IMG/VR virus record: IMGVR_UViG_3300025530_000002
Reading direction: 5' to 3' (one strand)
Source: a virus
DNA: 64,000 nt
Shown: positions 21,834 to 31,933 of the stretch, piece by piece
Layout: each line of letters opens with the position of its first letter
How positions within the stretch are numbered: position 1 is the stretch's first letter
Translations under genes and position numbers: made by a program
The notes under the pieces: model-generated
What the model saw: only the letters and a program-made list of their open reading frames with translations
The model's database searches: none
Told to the model about the DNA's origin: nothing

Positions 21834-23664
21834 AGCGCAGTGCCCCGGATGCAAGCGGCTGCTGCCGCTCAAGCAGTTCCCGGTCCTGGACAAGGGGCCG
21901 CCGGTGCGCCTGTATGACTTCTGCACCGAGTGCATCGACCAGTTCGGCCTGGTGCACCTGTACCAGACCTACAGCGAAGGGGTCGATCCGCTCACCCGGC
22001 GCATGATGCTGCAGGATCGCAAGGCCGCCGAGCTGGACCGGCAGCGGGTGGAGCACGCTCGACTGGTCGAGGAGGCCCGCCGCGAGGCCGCCCAGCGTGA
22101 GCTGTGCCGGCGCGCGCTGTTGCCGTTCATCAAGCGGTTTTTCCCCGACTACGAGGCCGGCTGGGTGCACCAGGACATCTGCCGCCGCCTGGAGCGGTTC
22201 GTGCGCGACGTGGAGGCGAAGAAGTCGCCTCGATTGATCCTGACCATGCCGCCCCGGCACGGCAAGTCGACCATCGTCTCGGACATGTTCCCGTCCTGGG
22301 TGTTCGGACTGCACCCGGAGTGGGAGCTGATCGCGGCCAGCTACGCGGTGTCCCTGCCGGTCAGGTTCAGCCGCAACATACGCGACCGTATCCGCGATCC
22401 GAAATACCGGGCCGTGTTCGAGGACACCGAGCTGCGCGCCGACGCCCAGGGCGTGGAAGAGTGGCGGCTGACCCGCGGCGGCGGTTACCGCGCGGCCGGC
22501 GTAGGCGGCGGCATCACCGGTACGGGCGCGCATATCCTGCTGGTCGACGACCCGGTCAAGGACTGGTCCGAGGTCAAGTCCGAGCTGGTCCGCGAGAACG
22601 TGCGCAGCTGGTTCAACACGGCCGCGTACTCCCGTCTGGCCCCTGGCGGCGGGGTGCTGCTGGTCATGACCCGCTGGCACGACGACGACCTGGTCGGCAG
22701 CGTGCTGACGCAGATGCGCGAGCAGATCGACGCCGGCTGCGCCCCCGAGGAGATCGACAACTGGGAGCTGATCAACTACCCGGCCATCGCTACGGGTGAC
22801 GAGTACCTGATGCCGGACGGCTCGATCCAGGTGGACCCGCCAGAGGCCAGCCTGGCCGGCGCGCGGCTGCTGCGCCGACGTGGCGAAGCCCTGCATCCGG
22901 AGCGCTACGACCTGGGCAAGCTGATGCGGATCAAGCACCGCTACAGCCCGCACGAGTGGGCGGCGCTGTACCAGCAGAACCCGGTGCCGGACGACGGGGC
23001 TTTCTTCAGCAAGGACATGTTCCGGCACTACGCCTACCTGCCGGGGATGCGCGAGGAGTACACCTACATCACCGCCTGGGACGTGGCCATCGGCGAGCAG
23101 CGGCGCAACGACTGGACGGTCGGCGTGGTCTGCGCGGTCAACGCCGCCGGCGACATGTACGTGGTGGACATGGTGCGCGGGCGGTACGGCACCTACGACC
23201 TGGTGCAGGCCGTGGTCAACATGATCGAGCAGTACGACTGCGCGGTGTTCGGCATGGAGCACGGCCAGATCAAGATGACCCTGTGGCCGCTGATCCTGGA
23301 CGAGATCCGGCGCCGGCGCCTGGCCTGCTCGATCAACGACGACCTCAAGCCGATCACGGACAAGGAGACCCGTGCCACGCCGCTGCGCGGCCTGATGCAG
23401 CAGGGCCGGGTGTACTTCCCGCTGGCCTCGCACCGGCCGTGGGTGGAACGGGCCATCGAGGAGATGCTCCGGTTCCCCACGGGCAAACATGATGATATCG
23501 TCGATGCGCTTGCCTGGGCGGCTCGGATGTACCGCGCAGCGCCGCGTCCGCAGACGGCAGTGAATGAGGCGGCCCGCCGCGTGGTCAGTTGGCGCGAGCG
23601 GATTCACGAGTTCCCGGGGGTCGACGGTCTCGGCAGCTCGGGCGGTTCGTACATGGCGTACTGA
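21823..23664 (+). CDS. terL: terminase large subunit
   Basis: 613 aa. Walker A PPRHGKST. Walker B ILLVDDPVKD. Nuclease-domain-like C-terminus. About 100-aa N-terminal CxxC...CxxC extension. Confidence 0.92.
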   Translation: MAVEAQCPGCKRLLPLKQFPVLDKGPPVRLYDFCTECIDQFGLVHLYQTYSEGVDPLTRRMMLQDRKAAELDRQRVEHARLVEEARREAAQRELCRRALLPFIKRFFPDYEAGWVHQDICRRLERFVRDVEAKKSPRLILTMPPRHGKSTIVSDMFPSWVFGLHPEWELIAASYAVSLPVRFSRNIRDRIRDPKYRAVFEDTELRADAQGVEEWRLTRGGGYRAAGVGGGITGTGAHILLVDDPVKDWSEVKSELVRENVRSWFNTAAYSRLAPGGGVLLVMTRWHDDDLVGSVLTQMREQIDAGCAPEEIDNWELINYPAIATGDEYLMPDGSIQVDPPEASLAGARLLRRRGEALHPERYDLGKLMRIKHRYSPHEWAALYQQNPVPDDGAFFSKDMFRHYAYLPGMREEYTYITAWDVAIGEQRRNDWTVGVVCAVNAAGDMYVVDMVRGRYGTYDLVQAVVNMIEQYDCAVFGMEHGQIKMTLWPLILDEIRRRRLACSINDDLKPITDKETRATPLRGLMQQGRVYFPLASHRPWVERAIEEMLRFPTGKHDDIVDALAWAARMYRAAPRPQTAVNEAARRVVSWRERIHEFPGVDGLGSSGGSYMAY

Positions 23665-23665
23665 T

Positions 23666-25777
23666 ATGAGCGAGCGCGAAAAGGCAGAAGAAACGTATCG
23701 CATCTACCGGTACGACCGGGAGAACGGCCACGAGCAGTACATACGGCGTGCCGAGGAGGCGCACCGGTACTACGCCTCGCAGCAGTGGTCGGAAGAGGAT
23801 GCGGCAAGGCGGCGGCAGGAAGAGCGGCCGATGGTGACGGTCAACGAGATCTTCGAGACCGTCAACGCCATCTCCGGCGAGCTGTCGCAGCTGTCGACCG
23901 ATGTGGCGTTCCAGGCCGACGTGGGCGGGGACCCCGCTACGGCGGACATCCTCAACAAGATGTCCGAGTATGTCGATCGACAGAACAAGCTGTACATCCA
24001 CGACGACCGGGTGCGCCGTGACGGCCTGCTGACCGGCCGCGGGTTCTACGAGATTCGGGTCGAGTTCGATGACAACCTGCAGGGCAACATCAGGATTCGT
24101 TCGCGCCGCCCGCAGAACGTGATCCTGCCTGCTGACCTCGAAGAGGCCGACCCCTCGACCTGGTCGCGCGTGTGCACGACCGACATCCTGAGCTTGCAGG
24201 ATGTGGAAGAGCTGTTCGGCGACTCGGTGGCCCGCGAACTGCGCGGGATGCCCTTGCCTGACTTCTACGACGCCGAGGACAAGAACCTGGCTTCGGTGCT
24301 CGGGTACAACTCGATGTACCGCGAGATGGGGCACTTCGACGAGGAAACGAATCCATTCATCCGCAAGTACCGCATGATCTCCATGCAGTACCAGGAGCTG
24401 AAGTGGAAGGACTTCTTCGTCGACGTGGACACCGGCGACATGGCCGAAATCCCGGAGAACTGGCCGCGCGAGAAGGTCGAGTACGCCATCCAGACGCTGG
24501 GGCTGGCCACCACGCGCAAGAAGGCCAAGACGGTCCGCTGGCGGGTGGTGCTCAACGACCTGGTCGTCCACGACGAGGACAGCCCCTACAAGTTCTACAC
24601 GATCGTGCCGTACTTCCCGTTCCTGTTGGACGGGGCGACGCTGTCGCTGTTTGACGTGCTCAAGGGGCCGCAGGACCTGCTGAACAAGTCCCTGTCCGAG
24701 GAGATCCACATTCTGACTTCCGTGGCCGCCAGCGGCTGGAAGGTCAAGGAAGGTTCGCTGCGCAACATGACGCCGCGCGAGCTGGAGACCCGCGGCGCCC
24801 GCAACGGCCTGGTGATGGTCCTGGAGGACATCGGCGACGCCGAGAAAATCCAGGGCAACAGCGCGCCGTCCGGCTTCCAGGACTTGTCGGCGCGCGCCCA
24901 GCAGTGGACCAAGCAGCTGGCCGGCCTGACCCCGTCAATGCAGGGCGCCCAGCGCGCGGATGCGTCCGGCAAGGGCATCCAGCTGCAGCTCAACCGTGCG
25001 CCGGTGAACCTGTCTACGGCCCTGACCGCGTTCCATTTCACCAAGCACCTGCTGGCCGAGCGCAAGCTGAACCTGTTCCAGACGTACTACACCGAGACCC
25101 GGTTCATGCGGGTCCAGCATGGTCGTTACGGGCACACCGAGGAGATCGGGATCAACATTCCGACCGTCGACGGGTACCTGCACGACATCACCTCGGGCAA
25201 CTACTACGTCGACACCGTGCCGGTGACCAGCCGGCTGCAGGCCGAGGAGTACGCGTTCGACGAGCTGGTCAGGCTCAAGGAGCTGGGCCTGCAGGTGCCG
25301 AACCGGCTGTTCATCGAGGCCAGCTCGATCAACGCCAAGCCCGACGCGGCGGCGGCCCTGCGCGAGGCCAACAGTGGCGAACTCAGCCCCGAGGAGCAGA
25401 TGGCCCGGCAGCTGGAGCTGCAGAAGATGCAGCTGGAGGTCGAGGCCGAGGCGGCCGACGTGGAGAACAAGCGCGCCCAGACCGTCCTGGCGCTGGGTCG
25501 CGCCCGTCGCGCTGCAGCCGACGCGCAGACTCCCGCCGCCCGGCTGGCTGTGGACGCCAATCGGCAGCGTCTGGAGGCCGAGCGCGACGCTCGCGCCGCC
25601 GACCTGGCGCGGCGCAAGCACGAGGCCGACGTGGCGCTGCAGCTCACTGAAATGGAGCACAGGATGGAACTGGAGCGGGAACGCATCCAGGCCAGCAAGG
25701 AAGCCGCACGCGCGGCGGCGAAAGCCGAGCCGCCGGCAGACAACACCCCCAGTAAGCAGCCACGCCAGAGGAAGTAA
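23666..25777 (+). CDS. portal protein
   Basis: Internal ATG 23666 lies 2 nt after the TerL stop. 703 aa. Long C-terminal coiled coil. Position is TerL-portal-scaffold-capsid. Confidence 0.88.
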   Translation: MSEREKAEETYRIYRYDRENGHEQYIRRAEEAHRYYASQQWSEEDAARRRQEERPMVTVNEIFETVNAISGELSQLSTDVAFQADVGGDPATADILNKMSEYVDRQNKLYIHDDRVRRDGLLTGRGFYEIRVEFDDNLQGNIRIRSRRPQNVILPADLEEADPSTWSRVCTTDILSLQDVEELFGDSVARELRGMPLPDFYDAEDKNLASVLGYNSMYREMGHFDEETNPFIRKYRMISMQYQELKWKDFFVDVDTGDMAEIPENWPREKVEYAIQTLGLATTRKKAKTVRWRVVLNDLVVHDEDSPYKFYTIVPYFPFLLDGATLSLFDVLKGPQDLLNKSLSEEIHILTSVAASGWKVKEGSLRNMTPRELETRGARNGLVMVLEDIGDAEKIQGNSAPSGFQDLSARAQQWTKQLAGLTPSMQGAQRADASGKGIQLQLNRAPVNLSTALTAFHFTKHLLAERKLNLFQTYYTETRFMRVQHGRYGHTEEIGINIPTVDGYLHDITSGNYYVDTVPVTSRLQAEEYAFDELVRLKELGLQVPNRLFIEASSINAKPDAAAALREANSGELSPEEQMARQLELQKMQLEVEAEAADVENKRAQTVLALGRARRAAADAQTPAARLAVDANRQRLEAERDARAADLARRKHEADVALQLTEMEHRMELERERIQASKEAARAAAKAEPPADNTPSKQPRQRK

Positions 25778-25780
25778 ACC

Positions 25781-26896
25781 ATGAACCGAGACCTTGATCC
25801 GCAGGCGTATCCGAACGAGCGGAGTGCCGAAGACCTGACCGACCGCGGGGACGATTTCACCCCCGAGGAGGACCAGGACACGGAAGACACCCAGGACGCG
25901 GGCGAGGCCAAGAAGGCGCCGCTCAAGAAGGACGATGCGCCGTCCAGGAAGAAGTCTTCGCGGGCGTCCGATGATGAGGACGAAGACGAGGACGACGAGG
26001 ACGAAGACGAGGACGAAGACGAGGACGAAGACGAGGACGACGAGGACGACGAGGACGACGAGGACGACGAGGACGAAGACGAGGACGACGAGGACGACGA
26101 GGACGACAAGCCCAAGAAGGGCGCCAAGAAGGCGCACAAGGGCGGCGCCACGGTCCCGTTGTCGGTCCTCAAGCGCGCGCAGCAGCGCCGGCGCGAGGCA
26201 GAGGCCCGTGCCAAGGAGCTGGAGTCGCGGCTGCGCAGCATCGAGGAGTCCAAGTCCGAGCGCCAGAAGGAGCAGCTGGACCGCCTCAACAAACAGATCG
26301 ACGAGCTGTACGACAAGATCGAGGAGGCGCGCGCCGAGGGCGACACCAAGGCCGCGGCCAAGCTGCAGCGCGAGCTGGACAACCTGCGCGACAAGCTGAC
26401 CTCCTCGCAGGCGGCGGCTTTGGCGGCCCGGCGCGCGCTGGAGACCCAGCAGACCCTGGCCTACAACGCCCTGGTCGCTGAGCTGGAGGCGATCGACCCG
26501 CGTTTTGATGAGGAGTCGGAGGAGTACGACGAGGACCTGGTCGAGCGCGTGGACGACCTGACCCAGGGCTTCGAAGCCCGGGGCATGCCGCCGGCGGACG
26601 CCCTGCGCAAGGCCCTGCGCTACATCCTGGGCAAGGACCCGTTCAAGGAAAGCCGGCGCCTGGCCCGGGACCTGCGGCGCCGCGCCGAGGAGGAAGAGGA
26701 AGCGCGGAAGAAGCGCCTGCCGCCGCGCAAGACCGACGTCAAGCGGAACCTGGACGCCAAGCGCAAGCAGCCGCCTGATGAGCCGGACGCCCGCAAGGAG
26801 CAGCCCAGCCGGATCGACCCGCGGCGGCTGTCGGATGAGGACTTTGACAAGCTGCCGAAGTCCAAGCTGCGGGAACTGCGCGGGGACTTCTTCTAA
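25781..26896 (+). CDS. scaffolding protein with a 46-residue D/E tract
   Basis: 371 aa, highly charged and helical, lying between the portal and capsid genes. Confidence 0.8.
   Translation: MNRDLDPQAYPNERSAEDLTDRGDDFTPEEDQDTEDTQDAGEAKKAPLKKDDAPSRKKSSRASDDEDEDEDDEDEDEDEDEDEDEDDEDDEDDEDDEDEDEDDEDDEDDKPKKGAKKAHKGGATVPLSVLKRAQQRRREAEARAKELESRLRSIEESKSERQKEQLDRLNKQIDELYDKIEEARAEGDTKAAAKLQRELDNLRDKLTSSQAAALAARRALETQQTLAYNALVAELEAIDPRFDEESEEYDEDLVERVDDLTQGFEARGMPPADALRKALRYILGKDPFKESRRLARDLRRRAEEEEEARKKRLPPRKTDVKRNLDAKRKQPPDEPDARKEQPSRIDPRRLSDEDFDKLPKSKLRELRGDFF
25970..26107 (+). repeat. GAC/GAG/GAA trinucleotide tract encoding 46 consecutive D/E residues
   Basis: DDEDEDEDDEDEDEDEDEDEDEDDEDDEDDEDDEDEDEDDEDDEDD. 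Confidence 0.9.
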
Positions 26897-26945
26897 CAGG
26901 CTTGCATCTGCAATGAACTTCGTGTAAGTTCGCCCTCAAGGTGGT

Positions 26946-26968
26946 CGGGCGTCACCCCCCGACGCCCG
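26946..26968 (+). other. hairpin in the scaffold-capsid intergenic leader
   Basis: CGGGCGTC-ACCCCCC-GACGCCCG, followed by a weakly T-rich stretch. A second stem GCGAGG/CCTCGC lies about 20 nt downstream. Confidence 0.4.
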
Positions 26969-27101
26969 GCCGCCTTCTCCTTCGTTTGCGAGGCACGAAA
27001 GCCCTCGCCGCCCACGAGCAGCGTCATCCGCTCGCCTCGATGGCCCTTGCGATAACGGGCGCGGACAAGCAGATCAGCAGACCACTTCGAGGTAAGCCAC
27101 C

Positions 27102-28229
27102 ATGGCAATGACTAACTTCGGCCGCCTCACTGAGGAGCAGGCCACTGTTTGGGCGCGCGACGTGTGGCGCGAGGCCCGCCAGACGTCCTTCTATCTGTCC
27201 AACTTCGCTGGCGACAGCAAGGACGCGATGCTGCATCGCATCACCGAGCTGCGCGCGGTGAAGGGTCAGGCGCGTGCTGTGATCACCCTCGTGCCGGATC
27301 TGGAAGGCGACGGCGTTGTCGGCGACAACCAGCTGGAGGGCAACGAGGAGGCCATCCGGGCGTTCGATCAGGTCATCGAGTTCGACCAGATCCGTCACGC
27401 CAACCGCCACGAGGGCGTCATGGCCGACATGCGCACGGTCGTGCGGTTCCGCGAGACCTCCCGCGACGTTCTGGCCTACTGGCTGGCGCAGCGCATCGAC
27501 GAGCAGATCGCCCTGGCGCTGTCGGGCGTCAGCTTCGCCTACCGCATCAACGGCGCCCCGCGTGTGGGTTCGCAGTGGACCCAGCTGGCCTATGCCGGCT
27601 ACATCACGCCGCCGTCGGCCAACAGGCACTTCCGCTGGGACAGCGCGAGCCACACCCTGGCGTCGGGCTCGACCTCCTCGGTCACGGCCAGCGACACCCC
27701 GTCCTGGGAGATGCTGGTCGAGATCAAGGCCAAGATGTCGGAGCTGGGCATCCGCCCGGTGCGCGCCGAAGGCGGCTACGAGATGTACAACGTGTTCATG
27801 CACTCTCGTGGCATCGCCAAGCTGAAGAAGGACCCGGACTTCCTGAACGCGTGGACCCACGCCCAGAAGCAGGGCGACGGCAACCCGCTGTTCCGTGGCA
27901 CCCGCAAGGGCGGTCGTCAGGGCTTCTTCATCGACGGCCTGAACATCATGGAGTACGAGAACGTCTTCAACACCACCGGTCTGGCCCCGGGCAGCAAGTG
28001 GGGTGCGGCCGGCGACGTTGAGGGCCAGCGCGTCCTGGTGTGCGGCGCCCAGGCCCTGGGCATCGCCGACATCGGCCTGCCGCGCTGGGTGGAGAAGGAG
28101 TTCGACTACGACGCCAGCCCGGGCATCGCCATCGCCAAGCTGTTCGGCCTGCTCAAGCCGGTTTGGCCGTCCAGCCGCACCGGTACGAAGGAAGACTTCG
28201 GCGTGGTCGTGGTCGATACCGCGATCTGA
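27102..28229 (+). CDS. major capsid protein (N4 gp56 / DUF4043-like)
   Basis: 375 aa. N-terminus NFGRLTEEQATVWARDVWREARQTSFYLSNFAGDSKDAMLHRITEL...LEGDGVVGDNQLEGNEEA matches my memory of the N4-type coat family. Confidence 0.88.
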   Translation: MAMTNFGRLTEEQATVWARDVWREARQTSFYLSNFAGDSKDAMLHRITELRAVKGQARAVITLVPDLEGDGVVGDNQLEGNEEAIRAFDQVIEFDQIRHANRHEGVMADMRTVVRFRETSRDVLAYWLAQRIDEQIALALSGVSFAYRINGAPRVGSQWTQLAYAGYITPPSANRHFRWDSASHTLASGSTSSVTASDTPSWEMLVEIKAKMSELGIRPVRAEGGYEMYNVFMHSRGIAKLKKDPDFLNAWTHAQKQGDGNPLFRGTRKGGRQGFFIDGLNIMEYENVFNTTGLAPGSKWGAAGDVEGQRVLVCGAQALGIADIGLPRWVEKEFDYDASPGIAIAKLFGLLKPVWPSSRTGTKEDFGVVVVDTAI

Positions 28230-28247
28230 CCCGGGGAGGAGACCATC

Positions 28248-28643
28248 ATGGCAAACTACTACATCAATTCCCGCCAGTATGAGCGGTCGGCCGTGGCCGT
28301 CATCGATGGCAGCCTCTCGCAGGGCACCAGGATGCTGCTGCCGCCGGGCGCGGTGGTCACGGGCGGCGGCTACACCGTCGCGGCCGCCGTCGGCGGCACC
28401 ACGCCCACGCTGACGCTGGTCGACAACGCAAGCTCGCCGCACACGTACCTGAACGCGGTGTCGGTGGCTTCGCCGGCGTCCGGCGCCCTGGCCAACAACA
28501 CCGTCGGCCGCTACTACGCGGCCGGTGCGGAGCTGACCTTCAGCCTGGGCGGCACGCCGACCGCGGGCTCCGGCAAGGTGCTGGTGTGGGTCAACTACAT
28601 CGTCGAGCAGACCTCCGACGAACTGTACGGTCGGTCCGGTTGA
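28248..28643 (+). CDS. possible head decoration/accessory protein
   Basis: 131-aa G/A/T-rich ORF directly after the capsid gene. GGAGGAG RBS. Confidence 0.65.
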   Translation: MANYYINSRQYERSAVAVIDGSLSQGTRMLLPPGAVVTGGGYTVAAAVGGTTPTLTLVDNASSPHTYLNAVSVASPASGALANNTVGRYYAAGAELTFSLGGTPTAGSGKVLVWVNYIVEQTSDELYGRSG

Positions 28644-28673
28644 GGTAACCTGGCGTGGCTGCTAGGCTTGGGG

Positions 28674-28702
28674 GCGGGGGAGAACTCCCCCGCTCCTTCT
28701 TG
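28674..28702 (+). terminator. candidate terminator/attenuator after the capsid module
   Basis: GCGGGGGAG-AA-CTCCCCCGC followed by TCCTTCTTG. Confidence 0.5.
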
Positions 28703-28734
28703 CCGAACAAACTCCCTGCCAAGGACCTCAAACC

Positions 28735-29352
28735 ATGCCTGTGATGATGGTGTCTCCGCGCGATTACACGCTCCGCACGACTTCGGGGCACGTGATCGCG
28801 TTCAAGGCCAACGTGCCGCAGCTCGTGCCTGACGTCGTCGTGTCCGACGCCATGGCCGTGAACATCCTGCCCTGCGAGGGCAAAGCGGTTGACAACGATC
28901 GCCCGGCTGACGGCGTGGTCAAGATGCCGGCGCTCCCGTCCACGCTGCGTGATGCGCTGGTGCTGACGGTGATCGATCAGCTGGTGCGCGAGAACGACAC
29001 GGCCAACTTCAACGCCGGCGGTCAGCCGAAGCTGGCTGTGGTCAACGAGCTGACGGGCGTGCGTCTGAGCAGCGGCGAGCTGTCCAAGTACTGGGACCGC
29101 TACCGCGAGATCAAGTACAACAACGAATCGCTGCCCACCCACAAGCACCTGTCGCTGGTGATGGAGCTGCAGTCGCTGACCACCCGCAAGCAGCTGATCG
29201 AGTTCGCCCGCGATATCCGGTTCCCGACGCGTGAAGTGGAGCGGCAGCCGTCGGTGAAGGATGCCAAGGCGCTCCTGCTCAACGCCGTCCTGAACTATCA
29301 CGAGCCGCTGGCGTCCGTCGAGGAAGCCAAGGCTGACGGCAAGGAGTCGTGA
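28735..29352 (+). CDS. virion structural protein
   Basis: 205-aa ORF within the morphogenesis block. Confidence 0.75.
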   Translation: MPVMMVSPRDYTLRTTSGHVIAFKANVPQLVPDVVVSDAMAVNILPCEGKAVDNDRPADGVVKMPALPSTLRDALVLTVIDQLVRENDTANFNAGGQPKLAVVNELTGVRLSSGELSKYWDRYREIKYNNESLPTHKHLSLVMELQSLTTRKQLIEFARDIRFPTREVERQPSVKDAKALLLNAVLNYHEPLASVEEAKADGKES

Positions 29353-30059
29353 TGCCGTACACCGTCGACGATCTGATCAGGCAGTTCCGTAGCGACGTTT
29401 ACGACCGCCCGGACGTCGACGGTGAAGGCAACCCTCGTGACACCCTGTGGTCGCACGAGGACGTCATGCACTACCTGCGCACGGCCTTGTCGCAGTGGGC
29501 GAAGGACACCCTGGCCGTGCGCTACAACGTGACGCTCGATGTGGCCCCCGGAAAAGCCCGGTACTACGCCGGCCGCGAGATCATCGAGATCGCCCGGGCC
29601 GCCCTGGTGCTCGGGTCCGACCCCGCCGCCCGTCCGCGCCCGCTGGCACAGTTCAACCTGGGGGATGCCTGCTACGCAGACGACTACGGCATGGTCTACC
29701 TGACCACCTACGACATCGAGAACCGACAAGGGGTGCCCCGGGCGATCACGCGCGACTACGACCCGACGTACCTGCGGCTGTTTCCGATCCCCACCGAGGC
29801 GGGGTTTCTGCACCTGAACCTGGTGGTGTACCCGCCCCTGGCCGAGTGCGGGATGCCGCTGCCGTCGGACAACATGCAGGACATCCACCTGCTCCTGCTG
29901 TACATGAAGCATCTGGCCTACGCCAAGCAGGACGCCGACGTGCAAGATCTGTCCCGCTCGGCGGAGTATCTGCAGCAGTACCGCGCTCTGGTGCGCGAGC
30001 GCATGTACACGCTGGACCGTGAGCGGCGCGGCGGAGGCATCATTCGACCCCGGTGGTGA
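29349..30059 (+). CDS. virion structural protein (possible head-tail adaptor by position)
   Basis: 236-aa ORF. Start GTG 29349 or ATG 29352, overlapping the upstream TGA. Confidence 0.78.
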   Translation: MMPYTVDDLIRQFRSDVYDRPDVDGEGNPRDTLWSHEDVMHYLRTALSQWAKDTLAVRYNVTLDVAPGKARYYAGREIIEIARAALVLGSDPAARPRPLAQFNLGDACYADDYGMVYLTTYDIENRQGVPRAITRDYDPTYLRLFPIPTEAGFLHLNLVVYPPLAECGMPLPSDNMQDIHLLLLYMKHLAYAKQDADVQDLSRSAEYLQQYRALVRERMYTLDRERRGGGIIRPRW

Positions 30060-30062
30060 GTC

Positions 30063-31346
30063 ATGGCCATCCCAACCGACCGCGACCTGATACAGCTGGG
30101 ACCGTGGCCCCGCGGAGCAAACAACCTCGCGCCGGAAACCGGCGTGCCCCTCGGGTCGTTCCGGCGCGGTGTGAACGTCGATGTGAGCGACGGTGGCACG
30201 GTGAGTCGCCGCCAGGGGTACACGCGGGTCATCGCGGTGGACGAGCCTCATGATCTGTTCGGCTACGGCGACCGAGGCTTCTTCGTCTCCGGGAGCACCC
30301 TGTACGGGTTCGAGGTGGTGAACGGGCAGCTTACGGCGCCGATCCCGCTGTACGATCAGATCCGCCCCGATGCCCGCATCGCCCACTGTCTGGTCGATCC
30401 GGACATCTTCGTGTCGGACGGCGAGGTGACCTTGCGCATTTCGCCCAGCAACACGGTCGCCCCCTGGACGGTGGCCGCCGGCCCGATGCCTGTCCTGACG
30501 ACGGGCAACGCCGGCTCCCTGACGGCGGGGGTCTATCACGTGGCGGTGGCGCTGAAGGCGCCGACCGGCGAGGAGGGGCCGCTCGGCCCGCTGGCCAAGG
30601 CCGAGGTGCCCGACAACGGCAGCCTGACGGTCAACTTGCCGGCGCTGGCGCCTGGGATGCGTTACGCGGTCTACATGACCAAGCCCAACGGCACCGAGCT
30701 GCTGCACCTGGTCACGGCCCCGAGCGCCACGATCAACGTGTACAAACAGCACCAGGGCCGGCGTCCGCCGACCGAAGACACCGACCCCCTGCCGGCAGGG
30801 CACTTCGCCCTGCTGTGGAAGGGCCGACTGCTGGTGGCCAAGGACAACTACGTCTTCTGGTCCGAACCGATGCAGTACGGCCTGACCCGGCTGGCCTACA
30901 ACTACCTGGTGTTGGCCGAGCCGGTGACCATGTTGGCGGCAGTCGAGACGGCCGACGGGTTCTTCATCGGGCAGGGCTCGCGGACGTACCTGGCCCAGGG
31001 CGCCGACCCGGCCGACGCCACCTTGCGCGAGGTCTACCCGGCCGGCGTAGTGGCCGGTACGCTGCAGTATGTGCCTGGGGCACGCTTGCCGATGGAGGTC
31101 CCGCCGACCGAGCGGTGCCCGATGTGGACCTCCACGTCGGGGGTGTTCTGTGTCGGTCTGCCGGACGGCTCGGTGCTGCCCCTGACCGAGACCCGCTATG
31201 CGGCGGCCATCGCCAGCGAAGGCGCCGCGTTGTTCGTGCAAAACGCCGGCAAGAACCGGTATATTGCAACCCTGCGAGATCCGTCCGAAAATGGGTTCGT
31301 CCTGTCCGACTCGTTCTCGGCAGAGGTGATCCGAAACGGCAACTGA
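30063..31346 (+). CDS. virion structural protein
   Basis: 427-aa beta-rich ORF. Confidence 0.8.
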   Translation: MAIPTDRDLIQLGPWPRGANNLAPETGVPLGSFRRGVNVDVSDGGTVSRRQGYTRVIAVDEPHDLFGYGDRGFFVSGSTLYGFEVVNGQLTAPIPLYDQIRPDARIAHCLVDPDIFVSDGEVTLRISPSNTVAPWTVAAGPMPVLTTGNAGSLTAGVYHVAVALKAPTGEEGPLGPLAKAEVPDNGSLTVNLPALAPGMRYAVYMTKPNGTELLHLVTAPSATINVYKQHQGRRPPTEDTDPLPAGHFALLWKGRLLVAKDNYVFWSEPMQYGLTRLAYNYLVLAEPVTMLAAVETADGFFIGQGSRTYLAQGADPADATLREVYPAGVVAGTLQYVPGARLPMEVPPTERCPMWTSTSGVFCVGLPDGSVLPLTETRYAAAIASEGAALFVQNAGKNRYIATLRDPSENGFVLSDSFSAEVIRNGN

Positions 31347-31356
31347 GGGCCCGCCC

Positions 31357-31932
31357 ATGTTCCTGAAGCTACTGAGCCACCTCCGCAGCCGCCTGAGCAA
31401 CCTGCTCTTCCACGAGTCGTATGGCTTCTGCGTGGTCGATCCGGCAGGTCGTGTGGTGACCCCGCGGGGGTACGATCGAGACGGCTATCTTTGGACGCCC
31501 AACCGAGTGGTCGACCAGGGGCTGAACTACGCGCTCAACGCGGCGCTGCGCGCGGACGGCGTGATCAGCGCCTGGTACCTGGCGCCGTTTGCCGGCAATG
31601 TCACGCCGAACGCGTCAGTCACGGCGAGCAATTTCGCTTCGACCCTGACCGAGTTCACCAACTACGATGAGCCCAACCGCGTGGCGTGGGTGCCGGACGG
31701 CGCCGCAACTGCCGGCGTGATCGTGAACAACACCACCCCGGCGGTGTTCACGATCGGCAGCGGTCCGCAGGACAGCATCTACGGCGCGGGGCTGCTGTCG
31801 GCCCAGGCCAAGGGCGCCACTACGGGCGTGTGCTTCTCGGCCGGTCGCCTGCAGGGCGGCTCGGGCCTGCTGAATCTGCAGGAAGGCTACGAAGTCCGCC
31901 TGAAGTACCGCATCACCGCATCGTCGTCGTGA
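31357..31932 (+). CDS. virion structural protein
   Basis: 191-aa ORF. Confidence 0.75.
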   Translation: MFLKLLSHLRSRLSNLLFHESYGFCVVDPAGRVVTPRGYDRDGYLWTPNRVVDQGLNYALNAALRADGVISAWYLAPFAGNVTPNASVTASNFASTLTEFTNYDEPNRVAWVPDGAATAGVIVNNTTPAVFTIGSGPQDSIYGAGLLSAQAKGATTGVCFSAGRLQGGSGLLNLQEGYEVRLKYRITASSS

Positions 31933-31933
31933 C

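Noticed and set aside
23564-23665. Longest-ORF N-terminal extensions (for example portal from 23564, giant protein from 40608, polymerase to 57238, and 57184..58158)
   Set aside because: The extensions are R/P/G-rich, overlap the preceding gene and lack an RBS. Internal starts sit at or within a few nt of the upstream stop and have Shine-Dalgarno sequences.
21697-23703. 668-aa minus-strand ORF
   Set aside because: It lies exactly antisense to the clearly recognisable large terminase and has an R/G/H/P/V-rich composition, so it is a shadow ORF.
25204-26399. Poly-Ser ORF (minus strand) and RTKTRT-repeat ORF (plus strand)
   Set aside because: They are out-of-frame or antisense readings of the GAC/GAG/GAA tract of the scaffolding gene.
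29298-31400. 700-aa minus-strand ORF
   Set aside because: It is antisense to two well-formed virion genes and has the same arginine/glycine-rich junk composition.
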